Source of the DNA: Candidatus Aenigmatarchaeota archaeon
Lineage (GTDB): Archaea > Aenigmatarchaeota > Aenigmatarchaeia > JACPZZ01
Direction of reading: 5' to 3'
Assembly: GCA_016202815.1 (NCBI GenBank)
Contig: JACQNZ010000008.1
Span: 97,932-161,931 of the forward strand
DNA: 64,000 bases
How positions within the stretch are numbered: the first letter of the stretch is position 1; the number at the start of each line of letters is the position of its first letter. Of the stretch, positions 57,844-64,000 are shown piece after piece. The notes under the pieces are model-generated. The model saw only the letters and a program-made list of their open reading frames with translations. It had not been told where the DNA came from and did not search any database. The position numbers and the translations under genes were made by a program.

Positions 57844-59189
57844 TTTGACGCCCTCTCGTAAGCAGCGGCAGCGAAAAGGATTTTTCCGTCGCTGCCTGTG
57901 TCGGCGTGCAGCTGCATCCCGACCGGCATCCCTTTTACTTCCAGCGGTACCGAAGCGGCTGGCAGTCCTGACAAATTGGCTGAAACGGTCAGTATGTCTG
58001 ACAAATACATCTCAACCGGATCTTTGATTTTATCTCCAAGCTTGAACGCTGTGAAAGGCATCGTAGGCCCGGCCAACAGGTCGCATTTTTTGAGGGCAGC
58101 CCGCATTTCATGCCTGATCGACTCGCGCGCCTTTAACGCCGTCGAATACCACTTTCCGCGGAATTCTTTCATGGTTATGTAAGTTCCCAGCAGGATCCTG
58201 CGCTTAACCTCTTCGCCCAGCGAACTGCGGCTTTCTGCGACGGTATCGTTTAAATCTTTCCCTTCTTTGCGGAAGCCGTACTTCAAACCGTCGAATTTCT
58301 GCATTGCCGAAGAAAACTCTGCAAACATGTTCAGGTAATAGGCAGGAACGGCTATCGGGGTTTTCGGGACAGAAACGTCGACGATCTTTGCGCCTTCGCT
58401 TTTTAAAATTTCCACCCCGTCTCGCACGTTTTTTTCAACGTTGTGGTCGCAGCCGTCGAAAAACTCCCCGACAACGCCGATTTTTATTCCTGTTATTTTC
58501 TGTTTGGCAAATTTTGTGTAGTCTTCTTTTGTCTTTATAGCCGTGTTATCCATTCCGTCGCTTCCATTGATCACAGACAGTACCAGCGCCGCATCGGAAA
58601 CGGTTTTCGTTATCGGGCCGATCTGGTCCAGGCTCATCGCCATATCAACCAACCCGTATCGGGACACGGTCCCGTAAGTTGGTTTAAAACCTAACACGCC
58701 GCAGAACGAAGACGGGCAACGAATCGAACCGCCCGTATCCGAGCCTAATGAAACGTCGCACAAGCCTGCTGCGACAACCGCGGCCGAACCGGACGACGAG
58801 CCGCCGGGCACGCGCTTCTCGTCCGACGGATTTAGTGTCGCGCCGAAATAACTCGTTTCGCCGGACGCGCCGCACGCAAATTCGTCCATGTTCGTTTTTC
58901 CTATTATCAGGCCGTCTTCCGCGATTATGCGTTTAACAACGGTCGCGTCGTACGGGGAAACGTAGTTTTCAAGCATCTTCGACGCGCACGTTAACCGCAT
59001 GCCGGAAACGGCTATGTTGTCCTTTATCGCGAGCACGTAACCGGCCAGCCTGCCGGCCGCGTTAGTGTCAATTTTGCGCTGTATTTTTTCCGCGTCTTTC
59101 TCGGCGTTTTTGTTTATTGATATGAACGCGTTTAATTTGCTTTTCGGGATTTTTTCCAAATAGCGGCTAACCTTTTCGTTCAGCTTCAT
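57840..59189 (-). CDS. gatA: Asp/Glu-tRNA amidotransferase subunit A (amidase)
   Basis: Amidase signature 'GGSSSGSAAVVAAGL' and 'GSDTGGSIRCPSSFCGV'. Confidence 0.8.
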   Translation of the reverse strand: MKLNEKVSRYLEKIPKSKLNAFISINKNAEKDAEKIQRKIDTNAAGRLAGYVLAIKDNIAVSGMRLTCASKMLENYVSPYDATVVKRIIAEDGLIIGKTNMDEFACGASGETSYFGATLNPSDEKRVPGGSSSGSAAVVAAGLCDVSLGSDTGGSIRCPSSFCGVLGFKPTYGTVSRYGLVDMAMSLDQIGPITKTVSDAALVLSVINGSDGMDNTAIKTKEDYTKFAKQKITGIKIGVVGEFFDGCDHNVEKNVRDGVEILKSEGAKIVDVSVPKTPIAVPAYYLNMFAEFSSAMQKFDGLKYGFRKEGKDLNDTVAESRSSLGEEVKRRILLGTYITMKEFRGKWYSTALKARESIRHEMRAALKKCDLLAGPTMPFTAFKLGDKIKDPVEMYLSDILTVSANLSGLPAASVPLEVKGMPVGMQLHADTGSDGKILFAAAAYERASK

Positions 59190-59458
59190 TTGGACCCCTT
59201 CGGCACTTTGTACAGGTTATTTTCTTTATTTGGCGCATTGTCCATGATTTTTTCCGCGACAGCGTTATCCAGTTGCGTCCCGTCTTTTCGCAAAATAGCG
59301 GCCTTTTCTTCGGCGTCGCCTTCGCCGAATTTTTCCTTGTGCAGCTTCGAAAACTGCTCAAGTATGCCGTCGAAGTCCTTTGAGAAATCGGATATTTCTT
59401 CGTCGGTCAGGTTTAGCCTCGCCACTTCGGCAACCTTCTTGATGGTGGGTTTGTCCAT
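59186..59458 (-). CDS. gatC: Asp/Glu-tRNA amidotransferase subunit C
   Basis: 90 aa, overlaps gatA start. 'VAEVARLNLTDEE' GatC-like. Confidence 0.7.
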   Translation of the reverse strand: MDKPTIKKVAEVARLNLTDEEISDFSKDFDGILEQFSKLHKEKFGEGDAEEKAAILRKDGTQLDNAVAEKIMDNAPNKENNLYKVPKGSK

Positions 59459-59587
59459 GGAATCAATAGAATATTTCTTGGGTGGAAGTTAAATAGAATC
59501 GGGTTAGTTTGCTCTGTACAGCCCCTGTAAAAAGCGCGTCCGGGGTAGTTGCGCAACCGTGTAGGAAAAGCAAAACAGTTCAGAATC

Positions 59588-60346
59588 TCAGCACTTCTTC
59601 AATTGCCCGGGCCTCGGCTCGTAGCATGTCCCTTCCTCGAGCAAATCGCTGACAGCCTTGTCAAAAGTTTTTTCGTCAGCGCCCGCCTTTGACAACAGCT
59701 CCGCGTATGTGACGCCGTCGCCTTTGTCCAGTTCGGTTATGATATTTAATACGGCCTTTTTTGCTTCCTCTTTCAGGTCTTTTTTCTCTTCAGCCGCTGC
59801 CGGGGCGGAAAGATGTTCGAGCAGCGATTCCGCGTCCTCCTGGTTCATCTCGCCTTTGACAACGTCCATCACTTTTCCCGGCTCATTGTTTTTAATGGCA
59901 GCCGAAATTATTTCATTTTTGCGCTTCCATCCCATGTACTGCTTGATTAATTCCAGCCGCCTCAGGGACTCAAAATTGGGGTCTGTTATTTTTATCACAA
60001 TCTCAGGGGCGATGTAAATTTCATCGTTGTACATGCGCACTTTGCCTATTACATCCGCGGAATCGCCCAAATTGACGTTGTCGAAGAATTTCGTCGAGCC
60101 GAACGACTTGGCCCGCATTGTCTCCGTGCCGTCGTCAAGCGTTACAGACGCGAAATTTTTGTCCTCTGAAACGAACTTGCTGACGACCGTTGCCATGATC
60201 CGCGCGCGCGATACTTTCATCCCGAACGGGGTTAATATGTATCCCGGTGTCATCCCTTCCGCGGGCTTGTACCTTCCGTTGACTACGTCAGTTATCCTGG
60301 CCTTTTTCGCAGTCATCCTTTTTTTCGTTTCCGTCATCGCTGTCAT
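59588..60346 (-). CDS. OB-fold nucleic-acid-binding protein with C-terminal winged-helix-like domain (RPA2-like), adjacent to MCM
   Basis: Central OB-like segment 'ARIMATVVSKFVSEDKNFASVTLDDGTETMRAKSF', acidic linker, C-terminal WH-like 'VTYAELLSKAGADEKTFDKAVSDLLEEG'. SD-like GGGAG 10-14 nt upstream. Confidence 0.45.
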   Translation of the reverse strand: MTAMTETKKRMTAKKARITDVVNGRYKPAEGMTPGYILTPFGMKVSRARIMATVVSKFVSEDKNFASVTLDDGTETMRAKSFGSTKFFDNVNLGDSADVIGKVRMYNDEIYIAPEIVIKITDPNFESLRRLELIKQYMGWKRKNEIISAAIKNNEPGKVMDVVKGEMNQEDAESLLEHLSAPAAAEEKKDLKEEAKKAVLNIITELDKGDGVTYAELLSKAGADEKTFDKAVSDLLEEGTCYEPRPGQLKKC

Positions 60347-60404
60347 TTATTTTCTTCTCCCTTAAGGACATAGGAAATCGACATTTCCTGTGCACGATGC
60401 AAGT

Positions 60405-60488
60405 CGTTGTCTTCTTGATTAAACTTCTTTCTAAGAAGTTTAAAAGCGTTGTCTTCTTGATTAAACTTCTTTCTAAGAAGTTTAAAAG
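60405..60488. repeat. 2 x 42-bp perfect tandem repeat, each unit containing palindrome AAACTTCTT-TCT-AAGAAGTTT
   Basis: cgttgtcttcttgattaaacttctttctaagaagtttaaaag twice, between the MCM stop and the OB-fold gene start. Adjacent inverted repeat GGAAATCGACATTTCC at 60371..60386. Confidence 0.6.
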
Positions 60489-60495
60489 AAGAGGC

Positions 60496-62565
60496 TTATA
60501 CTTTTTGTAGATGTTTGTATTTCGGCTCCATCAGCTGTCCTTCGCGCTTGAGGCGTTCAATAACTTCCATGGCGTCTGTTTCATTTATACCTTCATTTCC
60601 AGCCGCGGCCAGGACATCTTCAACGGGTATGATCTTGCCTACCTCCTTCGTTAAGGCGTCTACGATGTCTAAGATCATCAGTATCTTGTTACGTTGGCTG
60701 GACGAAGTGCCGCTTTCTATTTTGTCTATGTCGATAAGGCCCGTGTCCTTGTCCAGGCCAAGCTGCTGCAGTGATGTTTGTAAAAGTTTGATTGCGCGGT
60801 GCGCATCATCCTCTGTGACAACAGGAGACAGCCGTATCTTCGCCGAAGCTTCGGTCAGCCTTATCAGCGCTTCGTATTGCCTCGGCGTTATCGATATCGG
60901 CCCGCGCTGCACGTATTTGGACCGCGTGTCGATGTAGAATTTCTTGATTATCTCGCCCACGTCCAGGGTCATCTTTGGGAAGCAGTTCTTTCTTGCATAC
61001 GCTATGTATTTGCGCAAAAACATCGGGTCTAATATCGGTTCTGCCGGGGCGTAATTGTCTTCCACCCTGCTCCTCATTATATGTTCTGCCATCTTGGCGT
61101 CCTTCTCCTTGTCCGGAACGTCGAACAGCGCGAATTTCAGGTCGAAACGAGATAAAAGCGTTTCCGGAACCGTTACCTGGTCCGCAATGCCTTTCATGAA
61201 ATCAAACCTTCCGAACTTCGGGTTGGCCGCGGCCAGTATCGCGGTTTGTGCGGGCAGCGTCGCAATGATCGATGCTTTCGCCACAGATACAGATTGTTGC
61301 TCCATCGCTTCGTGGAGCGCAACCTGGTCGTTCTCGTGCATCTTTTCAAACTCGTCTATGCTGCACAACCCTTTGTTTGAGAGGACGATCGCGCCCGCTT
61401 CCAAAACCCAGCCGCCTGAAAATTGTTCGTCCTTCATCACGCTTGCCGTTAGGCCAACCGCGCTCGCCCCCTTGCCCGAAACATATTTTCCGCGGTTCGC
61501 GATCCTTGAAACAAGCTTCAGCAGCTGGCTTTTGCCTGTGCTCGGCTCTCCGATAAGGAGTATGTGTATGTCGCCGCGCACCCTTGTGCTGTCTTTCATT
61601 GTGTGCGGGACGCCGCTGAATAGCTGGTACGCGATCGCTTCCTTGATTTCGCGCAGGCCGTACGTCGACGTTGCAACGGAATCGACGATCTTTTCATAGA
61701 TGTTCGGGTCCTTCGAAAGCTCGATTATTTTTTGTTCGTCTTCGGGCGTTATTTTCAAATCCGACGCTTCGATTTCCGTTGTTTCAACATGATTCGCTGC
61801 CAGCAGTATGTCTAACTGTACAGACCGTTTTCCTTTTTGTGTGACTTTCGTAACTTCTTTCAGCACGCCGGTTATTCTCAGCCTGTTTCCGGCGTCCGTT
61901 TTCGGCCTCATCGCAGGCGACGTCAAATCATCGCGCAAATAGACGTTTAACTGCGAGGGCTTCTCGCCCTCTGTCATTTCAAACGGTTCTTCGATCTGTA
62001 TCCAGCGCGTGTCCACAAGTTTCTTGTCAAACAGCTCGAAGCGTCCCTTGTACCCGCAGTCGCAGCTGACAGGCTTCTTCATCGTCCTTTCGTTCTGCTC
62101 GAGGAAAATCCTTGTGCTGCATTGCGGGCACGTCCAGATAGTAGTCGCAATCTCGGGGAGAATTTCGGAAGACCGTCGCACCGTGCCTTCAACTGAAACG
62201 AACTGCCCGATGTGTTGCGACCGCAGATGGCGTATTGATATGCAAGCGAACTCCGGTAAATTGCGGAAGCGGAACTTGATTTCGACCGTGTCCGGGAGAT
62301 CGATTTCTTTCACGGCATTTTCAAAAATTTTCAGCGTGTCTTCCGGCTGGTACAATAATTTTTCAGACAACGGCGTGTCAAACTCGTCAAGGACTTTGAA
62401 GTCCATTTCCAGAAAAGGCTTGCCGTCGCGCACAGCCTCTAGCAGGCCCTGGTAGTATTTCTCCCTGAGAAAGTTGACGAATTTCTTGACAATTTCTTCC
62501 TTTTCCATCAGATCACCCTGATTGCGTATCACCCCGGTTATTTTCGAATCAGGGTGATTTGCCAA
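60496..62565 (-). CDS. mcm: minichromosome maintenance (MCM) replicative helicase
   Basis: Zn finger 'CPQCSTR...CDCGYKG', Walker A 'GEPSTGKSQLL', Walker B 'LCSIDEFEKM', arginine finger 'SRFDL'. 689 aa, no intein. Confidence 0.85.
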   Translation of the reverse strand: MANHPDSKITGVIRNQGDLMEKEEIVKKFVNFLREKYYQGLLEAVRDGKPFLEMDFKVLDEFDTPLSEKLLYQPEDTLKIFENAVKEIDLPDTVEIKFRFRNLPEFACISIRHLRSQHIGQFVSVEGTVRRSSEILPEIATTIWTCPQCSTRIFLEQNERTMKKPVSCDCGYKGRFELFDKKLVDTRWIQIEEPFEMTEGEKPSQLNVYLRDDLTSPAMRPKTDAGNRLRITGVLKEVTKVTQKGKRSVQLDILLAANHVETTEIEASDLKITPEDEQKIIELSKDPNIYEKIVDSVATSTYGLREIKEAIAYQLFSGVPHTMKDSTRVRGDIHILLIGEPSTGKSQLLKLVSRIANRGKYVSGKGASAVGLTASVMKDEQFSGGWVLEAGAIVLSNKGLCSIDEFEKMHENDQVALHEAMEQQSVSVAKASIIATLPAQTAILAAANPKFGRFDFMKGIADQVTVPETLLSRFDLKFALFDVPDKEKDAKMAEHIMRSRVEDNYAPAEPILDPMFLRKYIAYARKNCFPKMTLDVGEIIKKFYIDTRSKYVQRGPISITPRQYEALIRLTEASAKIRLSPVVTEDDAHRAIKLLQTSLQQLGLDKDTGLIDIDKIESGTSSSQRNKILMILDIVDALTKEVGKIIPVEDVLAAAGNEGINETDAMEVIERLKREGQLMEPKYKHLQKV

Positions 62566-62730
62566 ACATCTTTTAAAAACTATATCACAACTACGGCTGC
62601 TGTATATATACCGTGATGGTGGGTAACCCTCCTTTGTTTCGATTGATCCAATGGAAAGATGACAAAAAGAGCTTATTAGACGTTCGGAACCGGCTTTCCG
62701 ATAAAAATTAAGATCTGATGGAATTGGGAT

Positions 62731-63279
62731 TTACTTTATTGCCTTGATCGATTTTAACTTCTCGTGCAGTTTCTTGACAGCCTTGTTGACATCGCTTATT
62801 GTGCGGCCGCCTGTGCAGACTATCTTGCCCGACCCGAACAGAAGGAAAGCGACGCGCGGGTCGCTCATCCTGTAGACCAGTCCAGGAAACTGCTCCGGTT
62901 CGTATTCTGCGTTTTCCAGCGAGAACGCGATGTCGTCAAGGTTCAACTCGTCGTGTATCTTAGCCGACGCGACTATATTTTCGACCTGCGTCGTGTAACC
63001 CGGCGGAACCTTGATAGAGGCGGAACGTATCATTTCGACAACCTTTGCTATGGCTTTTTGGGCAAGTTCCGGCGAACGCGCCCCTGTGCATACGATCTTT
63101 CCGGAGCTGAAAATCAGGGCCGCGGCCTTCGGGTCTTTTAAACGGTAGACTAAACCAGGGAACTGCTCGGGCTCGTATTCCGTCCCCTCCAAAAAACCCA
63201 CGATCTTGTCAAGCGGTATCTTCGCGTTTAACGTCGCAGAAGCGACTACATTCTCGATCTTGATGTCAAAATTAGCCAT
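62731..63279 (-). CDS. tbp: TATA-box binding protein
   Basis: Two direct repeats 'IENVVASATLNAKIPLDKIV...EPEQFPGLVYRLKDP' and 'VENIVASAKIHDELNLDDIA...EPEQFPGLVYRMSDP'. Confidence 0.85.
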   Translation of the reverse strand: MANFDIKIENVVASATLNAKIPLDKIVGFLEGTEYEPEQFPGLVYRLKDPKAAALIFSSGKIVCTGARSPELAQKAIAKVVEMIRSASIKVPPGYTTQVENIVASAKIHDELNLDDIAFSLENAEYEPEQFPGLVYRMSDPRVAFLLFGSGKIVCTGGRTISDVNKAVKKLHEKLKSIKAIK

Positions 63280-63377
63280 TTTTGGATCGCTAAATGATAT
63301 TCAAAAAACGATTATAAATACCTTACGCAAAGCATAAAAATTGTCTTTATAAGGAAAAATTAATCATTGAAGAGTGG

Positions 63378-63521
63378 TTAATCTTCCGTCTCTTCCACTT
63401 CTTCGGCAGGCTCTGGAGCGTCTTCTACAACGCCAGCGCACGCGCGGCAGACTATGCGGCCCTTGCTGACTGCGTCTTCGCCCGGCTCGATTTCAGCGCT
63501 GCACATTTCACAAAACACCAT
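63378..63521 (-). CDS. small zinc-ribbon protein (47 aa) with acidic tail
   Basis: Hand translation MVFCEMCSAEIEPGEDAVSKGRIVCRACAGVVEDAPEPAEEVEETED. Confidence 0.3.
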   Translation of the reverse strand: MVFCEMCSAEIEPGEDAVSKGRIVCRACAGVVEDAPEPAEEVEETED

Positions 63522-63563
63522 AATTATAACCTACTTTTTTTTCGGCAGTTATGTTTAAATTCT

Positions 63564-63983
63564 TTATTGTCGGACTCCCTGGACAAAGCCTTTTCGCAAA
63601 AGGTAGGCGTCATAATCTGCCCTGTGCGGCGAGATAGTTCTCCATGGAAAACAACTATAATCGTCCCTGATAGCCCAGAAGTCCGGAGCCTTCCTGTGGA
63701 ATGTTTTTTCGCCCGTTTCCATGAAATTCAGCACAGCTGTCATTACCCGGCCGCAACCTTGTTCTTCAATGTATGACCGCCCGACATTTGCCGTGCGCCC
63801 GCTGTCAAAGACATCGTCTACTAAAAGAACGCTCCGATTTCCACGGACTTTGGATGACATCCGGCCCACCAAAATAGGAGGACTGTAACCGAAACTTCGT
63901 TTTATCTCAATGAAATCTACAGGCATACCGAGCGCATCCGCCATTTCCAGGGCTGGTAACGCACCGTCATTTAATATTCCCAC
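63564..63983 (-). CDS. phosphoribosyltransferase (purine/pyrimidine PRTase family), N-terminus possibly beyond window
   Basis: PRPP-binding motif 'VLLVDDVFDSGRT'. Confidence 0.55.
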   Translation of the reverse strand: MGILNDGALPALEMADALGMPVDFIEIKRSFGYSPPILVGRMSSKVRGNRSVLLVDDVFDSGRTANVGRSYIEEQGCGRVMTAVLNFMETGEKTFHRKAPDFWAIRDDYSCFPWRTISPHRADYDAYLLRKGFVQGVRQ

Positions 63984-64000
63984 AACGAGATCTGGGCGAA

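Noticed and set aside
60350-60495. CRISPR-like appearance of the 42-bp tandem repeat
   Set aside because: There are only two directly abutting units with no unique spacers and no cas genes in the window. It is a simple tandem duplication or operator repeat.

Overview
This window reads as an archaeal chromosomal segment of about 50% GC. Archaeal hallmarks are TBP, MCM, the RNA polymerase subunits RpoL/RpoN/TFS, a class I LysRS, GatCAB, archaeal-type riboflavin genes, PurO, Dph2 and archaemetzincin. Core translation, replication and transcription genes are interleaved with three other kinds of region: (i) an intein-containing myo-inositol-1-phosphate synthase gene; (ii) a surface-protein cluster made of a 1719-aa heavily N-glycosylation-sequon-rich signal-peptide protein, a Ser/Thr-linker anchored protein, a BNR protein, an LRR protein and archaemetzincin; and (iii) two AT-rich insertion zones. 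One AT-rich zone splits the ribosomal L18e-L13-S9 / S10-RpoN cluster and carries a LAGLIDADG-HTH fusion. The other lies at a tRNA-Pro/tRNA-Glu hot spot. There, a roughly 2-kb cassette encoding a minimal nucleotidyltransferase plus a DUF4143 AAA ATPase is bracketed by 31-bp direct repeats derived from the tRNA-Pro 3' end. Next to it sit a decayed LAGLIDADG-like ORF and a truncated ABC-ATPase gene. Four tRNAs were found by hand-folding: Pro-GGG with a 50-nt canonical intron, Glu-CTC with a ~15-nt D-loop insertion, Leu-GAG with a ~48-nt non-canonical insertion, and Arg-TCG. The most unusual non-coding signal is a recurrent palindrome, GAAnCATnCCG-N9/10-CGGnATGnTTC, whose A/T-rich spacer sits exactly where a TATA box is expected upstream of tRNA-Arg and tRNA-Leu and between the divergent gene pair rpoL/8838. 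In one locus it is flanked by a mirror-symmetric, roughly 20-bp-phased array of GAAGCAT heptamers. No CRISPR array or rRNA was seen. Many ORFs in the supplied track are antisense or overlapping artefacts and were not annotated.
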